Shown here: positions 8,432-17,241 of the stretch, in pieces
How the letters are laid out: each line of letters starts with the position of its first letter
Numbering within the stretch: position 1 is the first letter of the stretch
Source of the DNA: Vulcanimicrobiota bacterium
GTDB taxonomy: Bacteria; Vulcanimicrobiota; Vulcanimicrobiia; Vulcanimicrobiales; Vulcanimicrobiaceae
Direction of reading: 5' to 3'
DNA: 64,000 nt
Assembly: GCA_019235995.1 (NCBI GenBank)
Contig: JAFAJV010000078.1
Location: 108,372 to 172,371, forward strand
Made by a program: the position numbers and the translations under genes
Notes under the pieces: model-generated
The model's input: the letters and a program-made list of their open reading frames with translations, nothing else
The model's database searches: none
Told to the model about the DNA's origin: nothing

Positions 8432-9391
8432 TCAGATGTGATCGGTCGGCCAGGAGAAGTCCGCGTTCGAGTTGCACGAAAGCTTTTCGATCAGCCGCTC
8501 GCCATCGCCGCTCAACGGAGCCATCATGAGCGTCGCCGTCTTGCGATGCCGCGTCGTGCCCTTCGGCAGCGTGTGCCGTGCGCCGTCGGGCGGCAGCCAT
8601 CCGGCAACCCGGCGCAGATCGCCGGCGGCGGCGCGTAGCAGAGAGGGAAGCATCGCGGCTCCGGAATCGTCGGAGAAGCCGAACTCGTCGTACACGTACG
8701 TATCGCGTTCCGGAACGCGCACGCCGAGCACGTAGGCGCGCAGCGTGCGTCCCAGTCTCACGCCGATATTCGTCGCATGCCCGGCGGAGTGTTCGGAGAC
8801 ATGCGAAGCGCGCGTCGCTATCCAGTGCCACACCGCCTCGTCGCGGACGAACGCCGCGGCGCGGCGCGAGTCGGTGCGCTCGAAGCAGCGCCGTACGGCG
8901 GCCCAGTCGCGGGCGCCGAGCGGGGCGACCTGCAGCCGCTGGGATGGCAAGGCGTCCGCGCGCAGCGTCAAGTTGCGGGACGGCAGCGCGCGAAATCCGA
9001 GGGCTGCGTAGAATTGCGGCCTGATGTCTGAAAACAAATACGCGACGTCGTAACCGCCGCACCGCGCCGCGTCGAGCGCCGACGCCACCATGAAGCTCGC
9101 ATAGCCGCGGCCGCGTAGCTCGTCCGGAGTGAAGACTGCGCCGAAGCCGATCGCACCCAGGCGGCGCGCTCCGTCGCGAAGATCGCGTTCGTAGCGCTTG
9201 AAGGACGCCAGAAGTCGGCCCCCGTCGTAGAGGCCCACGGTGCGGTAGCGGCGTCGTCCATACGCGCTATTGGCGAGCTCGATCGTCTGCGCGACGTACT
9301 GGTCGAAGCTGCGGCGTCCCGCCCACAGCGCCGCCGTGTGCGGAAGCACGTCGCGCGCGTAGGCGTTCGCGGAGATCGTTCGGAGCTTCAT
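8432..9391 (-). CDS. GNAT family N-acetyltransferase (two-domain, Eis-like)
   Basis: Acetyl-CoA motif ELRGRGYASFMVASAL. ATGA overlap with the stop of the upstream helicase gene. The 732-aa ORF is an artefactual extension. Confidence 0.8.
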   Translation of the reverse strand: MKLRTISANAYARDVLPHTAALWAGRRSFDQYVAQTIELANSAYGRRRYRTVGLYDGGRLLASFKRYERDLRDGARRLGAIGFGAVFTPDELRGRGYASFMVASALDAARCGGYDVAYLFSDIRPQFYAALGFRALPSRNLTLRADALPSQRLQVAPLGARDWAAVRRCFERTDSRRAAAFVRDEAVWHWIATRASHVSEHSAGHATNIGVRLGRTLRAYVLGVRVPERDTYVYDEFGFSDDSGAAMLPSLLRAAAGDLRRVAGWLPPDGARHTLPKGTTRHRKTATLMMAPLSGDGERLIEKLSCNSNADFSWPTDHI

Positions 9392-11457
9392 CGCCGAAGC
9401 TCTTCGAGAAACTCCGGAGCGGTAACGCCCTTGGTCGGAGCGCCGGACGCCGTGATCAAGACGCTGTCGCTGGCGCGGCGCAGCGCATAATTGAAGGCGC
9501 GGCGCTCGGCGTTGTTGTACCGCCGAGTCGCCTTCGATGCGAACATGTAGTAGCTGAACTTGGCGGTCCGCGACGCGCGCGCGGCGCCCGAGTTCTCTTT
9601 CGGAACGACGCCTAGCCGGGGGCTGAAGAGAAACGACTCCGGCGAGTGCCAGAGCGGAAACGAGCCGGGGCGAACGTTGCCGACGACGACCCGCTCGAAG
9701 TGCATTCCACGTGCCGCCTCGACGCTGAGCAGCCGCACGAAATCCGCATCGCCGTCCGGGGGCGCGCACCCCTCCAGGTCGCTCGCCATGCGTTGCTCGG
9801 CGTAGTGCAGCACCTCGCCGAGATTCGCGCAGGGGCTGCGCACGATGAACTCGTTCAGTCGCGCGAGCAGACGGCGCAGCACGGCCTGCTGCGCCGCGGC
9901 GGCCGGCGAACCCGCGTCGCCTTCCCGAGCGAGGCCTTCGCGCCACACAGCGCGCGCGAACGCCTCGAACGGCTCGCGGTCCGCTCGCCTCACCCACTCC
10001 TCGCGCAGCCGGCGAAAGCTCCGTATGCGCGCGCGGGCCTCCGCACTCAGCGCGTCGTCCCGCTCGCCGCGTATCACGTTCCATCCGAGCCGCAGGTCGC
10101 GCTTGGCATCCCATCGACCCGGGCGTACCGTCGGCGCGGGTTCTTCTTCGAACGTGAAGAGCTGCCGCTGGGGATCTGCCGGCTCGCCGCAGAGCGTCGC
10201 GAGCGACGCGTCGGAGAGTCCCAGCGCGGGGTTGGACAGCGTGCGCAGCAGCCAGTCGTGACGGAACGGGTCGTGAACGTTCCAGAGTAAGGCGAGCGCA
10301 TCGAGCACCCGGCGATCCTCGAAGATATTCGCGTCGCCGCTCACGATCGCCGGCACGCCCCGGTCGAGCAGCGCGGCCTCGTAGACCTGCACGTTGCGCA
10401 CCGAGCGGAAGAGCACGGCGACGTGCTCCGGTGCGATGCCGTCGGCGAGCCAGCCCGCGACGCGTTCTGCGATCAGCTGCGCCTCCTCGAACTGCGTCGG
10501 GAGCCGCGCGCAATCCAATTTCGCGAGGCGATCCGGCCGGCGCAGCTCGACGCGCGTCGCGGCGCGCGCGAACGTAGCCTCCGGCTGCGTCATGCGGACG
10601 AGCGAGATCGCCGACGACGGGTCGCCGCACAGCGTCACGCCGGCAAGGGCGTCGCCGAAGATAGCGGCGAGCAGCGCGAGCTGTGCGCCGGTGAGCTCCT
10701 GAGCGTCGTCGATGAAGGCGGTGCGATGGCGCTCGCGCAGGCGTGCCGCCAGGCTCGCGTCGGTCTGCACGCGGCGCGCCGCCGCGGCCGTGGCGTCGCG
10801 TCCCGTCATCTTGCCGGTGGCTTCGGTCAGCTCAACGTATGCCTCGTAGAGTCGCGTGAGGATCTTGGCGAGGTCGAGCTCGCGCCGCCGTTGGCGGTCG
10901 AGCTCCGAGTGCGAGACGTCGAGCGAGTCGTGGTAGGCGCTCTTCGTCGCGGCAAGCAGCGACGGGTCGGCGAAGTTCGGCGGTTTTGCGTAGAAGGCGG
11001 TAGCGCCCGTCTGCGCCGCCGCCAGGAATGCGGCCGGCGTCACGCCCGCATCGCGCAATCTCCGCAGCAGCCGGAACGCCGACGCGAGGAAACGCTCGGG
11101 CGAACGCAGGCCGGGCACCTCTGGGTCGAGTTGATCCTGGGCGAACTCCGGCCATTCGAGCGCGAACAGCGGAGCGCACGCCGCGGCGAAGAGCAGCTCG
11201 GCGGCGACGTCGTCCACGATCGTCACCTCGACACCCTCGGAGCGCAGCAGGTCCGCCGCGTATGCATCGAGTTCGCGCGCCGCGTTCACGTACAGCGGAT
11301 CCGCGCCCGGAAACTCGGCACGCGCGCGCTCTACGCGCTCCGCCAGCGCGGTGCTCTTACCGCTTCCCGGGGCGCCGACGATGGCGACGCACTCGTCGAT
11401 GCTCGTCTCGATCAACTTCCGAAGCGCCGGCCCTCCGGCGGCGGCCTCCGCGCGCAC
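9388..11457 (-). CDS. UvrD/Rep-type superfamily 1 helicase
   Basis: Walker A AIVGAPGSGKST; motif II FIDDAQELT. GTG start proposed about 24 aa before the P-loop. The upstream part of the 952-aa ORF is Arg-rich and lies inside the nuclease gene. Confidence 0.8.
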   Translation of the reverse strand: MRAEAAAGGPALRKLIETSIDECVAIVGAPGSGKSTALAERVERARAEFPGADPLYVNAARELDAYAADLLRSEGVEVTIVDDVAAELLFAAACAPLFALEWPEFAQDQLDPEVPGLRSPERFLASAFRLLRRLRDAGVTPAAFLAAAQTGATAFYAKPPNFADPSLLAATKSAYHDSLDVSHSELDRQRRRELDLAKILTRLYEAYVELTEATGKMTGRDATAAAARRVQTDASLAARLRERHRTAFIDDAQELTGAQLALLAAIFGDALAGVTLCGDPSSAISLVRMTQPEATFARAATRVELRRPDRLAKLDCARLPTQFEEAQLIAERVAGWLADGIAPEHVAVLFRSVRNVQVYEAALLDRGVPAIVSGDANIFEDRRVLDALALLWNVHDPFRHDWLLRTLSNPALGLSDASLATLCGEPADPQRQLFTFEEEPAPTVRPGRWDAKRDLRLGWNVIRGERDDALSAEARARIRSFRRLREEWVRRADREPFEAFARAVWREGLAREGDAGSPAAAAQQAVLRRLLARLNEFIVRSPCANLGEVLHYAEQRMASDLEGCAPPDGDADFVRLLSVEAARGMHFERVVVGNVRPGSFPLWHSPESFLFSPRLGVVPKENSGAARASRTAKFSYYMFASKATRRYNNAERRAFNYALRRASDSVLITASGAPTKGVTAPEFLEELRR

Positions 11458-12722
11458 GCCGTCGCATAGTTGCAGAAGGCGCAGGCCGCGGGATCGGTCG
11501 CCACCTCGAACGCGCCGACGTCGCCCGACGACAGCCGATCGCTCAGCTCGATCATACGCGTGCGCGAACGCTGTAGCTCCTCGAGGCCGATCGAGCCGCG
11601 CACCGATTTGCCGTTGCGGGATCGTTCCGGCGCGCGCTCGGCGACGTCGAGGACGATCGGTCGCACGTCCAGGAGCGCGTCGCGCAGCGGTATGAGCACG
11701 AGCTTCGTGACGCGGTCGCCGGCGGCGGTGCGCGCCCAGTAATAAAATGGGAGCTGGAAGTCGCGAAAGCGGCGCACCTTGTCGCAATACTCCGCCGCGC
11801 TCATGGCGATGCTCCCCGTCTTGTAGTCGACGACTCCGATCCCGCCCGAGCGCTCGTCGCGGTCGAGACGGTCGATGAAGCCGACGAAGGCGCGCCCCTC
11901 GAGGTCGAGATCGGCGGCAACTTCCCGGCCGAGCACCTCGAAGGGAGCCTCCGTCTCTTGCACGAGCAGCCAGTCGACGTAACGCTGCGCAGTCCGCTGC
12001 GCGCGGCGAACTTGCAGCTCGAACTCGACCGCCGTCTCGAACCCGTCGCGGTTGCGTTCGAAGGCCCAGGTCACGCACTCGCGTATGCGCCGGCGCATCG
12101 CTGCGTCGTCGCGCGCCGACGGACGCGGATAGTCGGCGTGGAAATCCTCGAGCGCGAGGTGCAGCGCGGTGCCGTACGCCGCTGCGGCCGAGCCTGGGTC
12201 TTCGACGGCCGCGCAAGCATAGCGGTAGAACCACTTGCGCGCGCACTCGGCGTACGCATTGAGCGCCGAGGCGCTGAAGTGCCGTTGCCAGCCCTCGACG
12301 CCGGCCCGCGGCTCCGGCGGGGGCGCCTGTGCGAGCTCGATCTGACCGCCGGCAGCCGAGCGCTCATGCGCGTGAAACGCGCGCGCCGCGATCTTGGGCA
12401 GCTCGAAGATCTCTGCGATCAGCGAGTGCAGCCCTTCCTCTTCGACGTCGTGCGGAATCGCGCGGATGCGCCGCGCGCGCCGGGCAAACCGCAGCACCTC
12501 GTCGCGCTCCGCGAGCGGCAGCGCCAACCGGCCGCCGTCGATCGCATCGAGCAGCGCGCCGGTTCGCCGCGCGAGCGTCGCATACGCGGCGCCGACGTCG
12601 TGGCCGACGCCGGAATATGGTGAACGAATGAGGTTGAGCAGGGGTTCCTCTCCGCCGGACCGGTGCCACTGCGCGGCATCGGCGACGAAGGACTGCGGAA
12701 GCGTGGACTCGGGCGGCGCCAC
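11412..12722 (-). CDS. PD-(D/E)XK nuclease, RecB/AddB/Cas4-like with 4-Cys cluster
   Basis: GFIDRLD, VVDYKTGS, QLPFYYWA, an early Cys (AECARKW) and C-terminal CAFCNYATAC. Confidence 0.8.
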   Translation of the reverse strand: MAPPESTLPQSFVADAAQWHRSGGEEPLLNLIRSPYSGVGHDVGAAYATLARRTGALLDAIDGGRLALPLAERDEVLRFARRARRIRAIPHDVEEEGLHSLIAEIFELPKIAARAFHAHERSAAGGQIELAQAPPPEPRAGVEGWQRHFSASALNAYAECARKWFYRYACAAVEDPGSAAAAYGTALHLALEDFHADYPRPSARDDAAMRRRIRECVTWAFERNRDGFETAVEFELQVRRAQRTAQRYVDWLLVQETEAPFEVLGREVAADLDLEGRAFVGFIDRLDRDERSGGIGVVDYKTGSIAMSAAEYCDKVRRFRDFQLPFYYWARTAAGDRVTKLVLIPLRDALLDVRPIVLDVAERAPERSRNGKSVRGSIGLEELQRSRTRMIELSDRLSSGDVGAFEVATDPAACAFCNYATACARRPPPEGRRFGS

Positions 12723-12780
12723 GCTCTGAAGTTACAGTTTCTACCAGGCGCCCCTGCAGGCAACGTATAACGGCCTTTCG

Positions 12781-13344
12781 ATGCGGCGCATCATCATCGG
12801 TGTTAGTGGCGCCAGCGGCAGCCTTTACGGTTACATGGTGCTGCAGGCGTTGCGTGCGATCGGCGGCATCGAAACGCACCTGGTGCTGACCGCGGCTGCC
12901 CGCCGGACGATCGAGCTCGAAACGGAGATGACTGCTGAAGACTTCGAGGGTCTCGCCGACGTGGCGCACCGTGACGACGACCTGGCAGCGGCGATCTCGA
13001 GCGGCTCGTTCCTGACGGACGGCATGCTGGTCATCCCATGCTCGATGAAGAGCGCGAGTGCAATCGCCTACTCGATGAACTCGAACCTGCTGGTCCGCGC
13101 CGCCGACGTCTGCCTGAAGGAGAAGCGGCGGCTGGTTCTCGTCGTGCGCGAGACCCCGCTGCACCTCGGCCATCTTCGTACGCTCGCGCAGCTCGCGGAG
13201 ATCGGCGCCGTGATCCTGCCGCCGGTGCCGGCGATGTACGCCAACCCGCAGAGCGTCGACGACATCATCGCGCACACGGTCGGCAAGGCGCTCGACCAGT
13301 TCGGCATCGCCAACGAGCTCTTCAAGCGCTGGCGCTCGCCCTAA
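12781..13344 (+). CDS. ubiX: Flavin prenyltransferase
   Basis: IIIGVSGASGSLYG, IPCSMKSASAIA and VVRETPLH motifs. Confidence 0.9.
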   Translation: MRRIIIGVSGASGSLYGYMVLQALRAIGGIETHLVLTAAARRTIELETEMTAEDFEGLADVAHRDDDLAAAISSGSFLTDGMLVIPCSMKSASAIAYSMNSNLLVRAADVCLKEKRRLVLVVRETPLHLGHLRTLAQLAEIGAVILPPVPAMYANPQSVDDIIAHTVGKALDQFGIANELFKRWRSP

Positions 13345-13353
13345 GCGACACCG

Positions 13354-14655
13354 CTAAGGCATGACGTCGAATACGGTGCCGTTTCCCGACGTCCCACCCG
13401 TGGACGTCGTGCTATAGAGGTCGCCGCCGCTGCCGAAGATGAGATCGCCGGATGGACCCGCCCCGTCGGTCGCGCCGGAGGAGCCGAAGGTGTACAGGAC
13501 CTTCTCCATATACGTGTCGCTTTTTGCGGGCGTCAGGACGAACACCGTGCCGGCGTTCGTGGTGCCGCCAAGCAGGGTAGTACCGTAAAACGCTCCGTTC
13601 GAGCCTCTTATGAGGCCCGCTACCGGGCCGAGCCCGTCGCTGCCCCCTTTGAACCGATAGATGATGCTCTCTGAGAAGCGCCTGCCCGCGGGAGTTAGCT
13701 TGAAAACCGTCCCGCAGCCGCTACTGCCGCAAGCGGAGCCGGTATTTCCGCCTCTGCCGGTCGTACCGTAGATCGCTCCCGTTGGATCGGCGATGAGGTC
13801 GCCGTACGGATTCGCGCCGTCGCTGCCGCCTTGAAACCGGTAGGCGATCGACTCGACGTAGTGGCCGCCTTTAAGCTTGAGGCGAAAGATAGTGCCGCAA
13901 CCGGTCGTGCCCGAGAAATTGCAGGATGTTCCCCCGCCGTTGAGCGTCGTCCCGTAAAGAAGATTCGAACCCACCGCCAAGAGCCCCGCGCGCGGCGTGG
14001 TGCCGTCCGTACCGCCCTTGAAACTGTAGAGGACCTCTTCCGAGTATCCCGATCCAGCGGGCGTCAATCGGAAGACCGTGCCGGCACCGTTCGCGCCCCC
14101 CGCGGTCGTGGTTCCATAGAGGTTCCCTGCGGCGTCGTTGGTCAGAGCCCCATTAGGATTGGACCCGTCCGTTCCACCGCGGAAAAAGTATATGACGCTC
14201 TCGCTATACGCGCCGCCGCTCGGGGTCAGTTTGAACGCGGTGCCGTTATACGCGGGGCCGCCGCCGAAGGTGAGCCCGTACAGCGCTCCGCTCTTGTCTG
14301 CGATGAGGCTGCCCAGCGGTCCCGAGCCGTCCATGCCTCCGCCGCGAAACGCGTACACGATTGTCTCCGAATAGCCTCGGATCGAAGGCGACAACTTGAA
14401 AACCGTACCGGTGCCGCCCGATCCGGCACCTTGCGTCGTTCCGTAAAAGTCGCCGGCGATGTCGAGCAGGCCATCGAAGGGATGCGAGCCGTCCGTCCCC
14501 CCGAGAAACCGGTAAAGGACCTGCTCGGGAGAGAATACATTGGTACCGGCGCTCGCGTTCGATCGCGGCAAGACGCCGTTATTTTGCGCGCAAGCGGCGA
14601 GCAACGTCGCCGCCGCGAAGATCAGCCCAAGATGGATCGAACGTAAAATCCTCAT
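13354..14655 (-). CDS. Lipoprotein with GloVer-type (choice-of-anchor) tandem repeats
   Basis: Lipobox LLAAC. About 8 units of about 48 aa of the form GGxDGxxPxxxLxxxxxGxLYGTTxxGGxxxxGTVFxLTP. Start set at ATG 14655, preceded by AAAGGAG. Confidence 0.8.
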   Translation of the reverse strand: MRILRSIHLGLIFAAATLLAACAQNNGVLPRSNASAGTNVFSPEQVLYRFLGGTDGSHPFDGLLDIAGDFYGTTQGAGSGGTGTVFKLSPSIRGYSETIVYAFRGGGMDGSGPLGSLIADKSGALYGLTFGGGPAYNGTAFKLTPSGGAYSESVIYFFRGGTDGSNPNGALTNDAAGNLYGTTTAGGANGAGTVFRLTPAGSGYSEEVLYSFKGGTDGTTPRAGLLAVGSNLLYGTTLNGGGTSCNFSGTTGCGTIFRLKLKGGHYVESIAYRFQGGSDGANPYGDLIADPTGAIYGTTGRGGNTGSACGSSGCGTVFKLTPAGRRFSESIIYRFKGGSDGLGPVAGLIRGSNGAFYGTTLLGGTTNAGTVFVLTPAKSDTYMEKVLYTFGSSGATDGAGPSGDLIFGSGGDLYSTTSTGGTSGNGTVFDVMP

Positions 14656-14687
14656 CTGCCTTGCTCCTTTCGCCGACACGAATCACA

Positions 14688-15332
14688 ATGACATCGCAAG
14701 ACTTCTTTGGTGGCCGCAATCCCACGAGCCACGAGCGTCGGTCCGGGCAACCCTGGAATGCATCGTACCACGACGGTCCGGCGCCGTGGGATACTGGCCG
14801 CCCACAGCCTGCAATAGTCCGTCTGGCGTCTGAAGGGGCTTTCGCCGGAGCGGTGCTCGATGCGGGCTGCGGGACCGGTGAAAATGCGCTTCTGGTCGCC
14901 TCGCTGGGGTTGCCGGTCCTCGGGGTCGACGTGGCCGAAACGGCGCTGGCAACCGCGCGGAAGAAGGCCGCAGAGCGTGGGATCACGGCCGAGTTCGCGG
15001 CCGCCGACGCGCTTGCGTTGGAGCTTTTGGACCGCACGTTTGCGACGGTGCTGGACTGCGGCCTCTTTCATACGTTCGACCACGACGAGCGCGTGCGATA
15101 CGTAGCCTCTCTCGCGAGCGTGATGGATGACGGTGCGCTTCTCTATGTGTTGTGCTTCAGCGACGAGGGAACCGACATCGGGCCGCATCCGGTCAGTAGG
15201 GCCGAGCTAAGGGCTGCGTTTGATTCCGGCGGTGCGTGGGACGTCACGGCGATCGAGCCGGAACGAGTCGAGACGAGATTCCACGGCGCAAACGGCGCGC
15301 CCGCCTGGCTCGCGACGATCAAACGCGTCTGA
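14688..15332 (+). CDS. Class I SAM-dependent methyltransferase
   Basis: Motif I VLDAGCGTGENAL. ATG at 14688. Confidence 0.8.
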   Translation: MTSQDFFGGRNPTSHERRSGQPWNASYHDGPAPWDTGRPQPAIVRLASEGAFAGAVLDAGCGTGENALLVASLGLPVLGVDVAETALATARKKAAERGITAEFAAADALALELLDRTFATVLDCGLFHTFDHDERVRYVASLASVMDDGALLYVLCFSDEGTDIGPHPVSRAELRAAFDSGGAWDVTAIEPERVETRFHGANGAPAWLATIKRV

Positions 15333-15402
15333 CCAAAGGCCGCGGCGGCAACGGCGCGGAAACCTTCGCTCCGTCAACGCGTCTGCGAAAGGAGCAAAGC
15401 AG

Positions 15403-16623
15403 ATGAGACCTTCGGCGCTGACCCCCTGCGCAGTCGTGGCCTGCTGCGTGACAATCGCGGCATGCTCGCAAGCGACTGAACCTTCGCGCTTGCCATATGC
15501 CCCGACGGTCCGGGTCGCTCCCGACCGCGTTGTCGAGCCGCTGAGCTACCGCGTGCTATTTAGCTTTGGCAGCGCCACGTCCGGTCCGTCGGATGGATGC
15601 AGCCCTCGCGCGGGGCTGATCGACTCGGGAGGCACGCTGTACGGCACGACGAGTGAGGGTGGTCATCCTGCCAGCCAGGGCTTCGGCACGGCCTTTAGCC
15701 TGACCGCGCAAGGTAAGGAGACGGTGCTGCACAGCTTCGGCAAGGGAATGGACGGCCGGGTACCCGAGGCGGGCCTGATCGACGTCGGCGGCACACTATA
15801 CGGTACGACGCTGGACGGCGGCGCGAACGGCGACGGCACGGTCTTTACCGTTACGGCGAGCGGCACCGAGAGCGTGCTCTACAGCTTTGGCAAGAGCGGC
15901 GGCGACGGCCACGGCCCGGCTGCAGACCTGGTCGATGTCGGCTCCACGCTCTACGGAACGACGGACGCCGGCGGCACGCACGGCGGCGGCACGGTCTTCA
16001 GCATCACGACCGGCGGCAAAGAGAAGGTGCTGCACAGCTTCGGCGGCGGCAAGGACGGCCGCGCCCCCGTGGCAAGCCTTATCGCCGTGGGCGGCACGCT
16101 CTACGGAACGACGTTGAGCGGCGGCTCACAAGATGACGGCACGGTCTTTAGCATCACGAAGCGCGGTAAAGAGAAAGTGCTCTACAGCTTCGGCAGTTCA
16201 AGCGGCGACGGCGTGGGGCCGGCCGCAGGCCTGGTCGACGTGAGCGGCACGCTCTACGGCACAACCGATTCCGGCGGCGCGCACGGTGTCGGCACGGCCT
16301 TTAGCATCACGACCGGCGGCTCGGAGACGGTGCTCTACAACTTTGGAGTAAATAGATTGGATGGCAGGCAGCCCGAGGCGGCGCTAATTGTCGTCGTCGG
16401 CACGCTCTACGGGACGACCCAGGTCGGCGGCACGCACGGTGCCGGCACGGTCTTTAGCATCACGACCGACGGCTCGGAGAAAGTCCTGTACAACTTCGGG
16501 CTTCGGGGGACAAGTGGAGGGTTGCCGTCGGCGCCTCTGATCGAGGTTAGCAAGACGCTCTATGGCACCACCGCGGAAGGCGGTCAACATAGTTGCGGAA
16601 CGGTCTTTGCCTTAAAGCCGTAG
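15403..16623 (+). CDS. Lipoprotein with GloVer-type tandem repeats (paralogue)
   Basis: Lipobox TIAACS and the same repeat unit (GTLYGTT..GG..G.GTVFSIT). ATG 15403, preceded by AAAGGAG in a leader nearly identical to that of its paralogue. Confidence 0.8.
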   Translation: MRPSALTPCAVVACCVTIAACSQATEPSRLPYAPTVRVAPDRVVEPLSYRVLFSFGSATSGPSDGCSPRAGLIDSGGTLYGTTSEGGHPASQGFGTAFSLTAQGKETVLHSFGKGMDGRVPEAGLIDVGGTLYGTTLDGGANGDGTVFTVTASGTESVLYSFGKSGGDGHGPAADLVDVGSTLYGTTDAGGTHGGGTVFSITTGGKEKVLHSFGGGKDGRAPVASLIAVGGTLYGTTLSGGSQDDGTVFSITKRGKEKVLYSFGSSSGDGVGPAAGLVDVSGTLYGTTDSGGAHGVGTAFSITTGGSETVLYNFGVNRLDGRQPEAALIVVVGTLYGTTQVGGTHGAGTVFSITTDGSEKVLYNFGLRGTSGGLPSAPLIEVSKTLYGTTAEGGQHSCGTVFALKP

Positions 16624-17154
16624 CGTCGCGGAGCCGCCTTCGGGTCGGTACGGATCCGGAAAGTTCGGATTCATCTGCCGGTAATACCGTACGGTGCCGT
16701 TAGCGAGCGTTTCGATACCGTCCCAAACGCCTGGGCCGCCGCGTGCACGGTCGTAATCGATGACTTCGCGCAGAGCGTTCCATACGCGGACACAGCGGGA
16801 TCCCACTTGACAGTAGACCGCATCGGGGTCTATTAATCCGAATTTCACGAAGGAGCCGACCTTTTCGAAGAAGGCGAGTATCGGCAAGTAGCGGTGAATG
16901 GATTCATCGGTCATGCCGTCGATCACACGCTGGCGGAACTCAGGTTCTCCCATCTTTGTGGTTAGCTCATCCACAACGAAACGATACGAGCTGACGTACG
17001 CCGGAGCGTCCATTTCCGCCAATATACGCATCAGGCCGTCGAGTTGTGTGGAACGGCGGAGCAGCTGCACCTGATGGCGCGCCATGATAACGGTTGCGAT
17101 CAAGACGACGGTCGTTATCGCGCTCGCAACGGCGGTCACCGCTTCCCACGTCAT
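16612..17154 (-). CDS. Hypothetical protein with N-terminal TM anchor (DUF4760-like by recollection)
   Basis: N-terminal helix AVTAVASAITTVVLIATVIMA. Visibly lower GC than its neighbours. Convergent 12-nt overlap with the upstream gene. Confidence 0.55.
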   Translation of the reverse strand: MTWEAVTAVASAITTVVLIATVIMARHQVQLLRRSTQLDGLMRILAEMDAPAYVSSYRFVVDELTTKMGEPEFRQRVIDGMTDESIHRYLPILAFFEKVGSFVKFGLIDPDAVYCQVGSRCVRVWNALREVIDYDRARGGPGVWDGIETLANGTVRYYRQMNPNFPDPYRPEGGSATLRL

Positions 17155-17241
17155 GCCGGCCGGCCCCTTTCCCAGGCTGTCTTGGGGAGGCTTCTCTGGA
17201 AGCCGCAGAGATACTCCATTGTAGCTTCGACGCGATCACCC

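Noticed and set aside
9392-10630. Upstream part of the 732-aa ORF (8432..10630); likewise 11458..12246 of the 952-aa ORF
   Set aside because: These are Arg-rich N-terminal extensions running through the neighbouring helicase and nuclease genes in another frame. The true starts are supported by ATGA coupling (GNAT) and by distance to the P-loop (helicase).
15220-15402. N-terminal extension of the second GloVer ORF overlapping the methyltransferase gene
   Set aside because: The extension is Arg-rich and out of frame with the methyltransferase. The downstream ATG at 15403 has a strong RBS, a lipoprotein signal peptide and a leader conserved with the paralogue.
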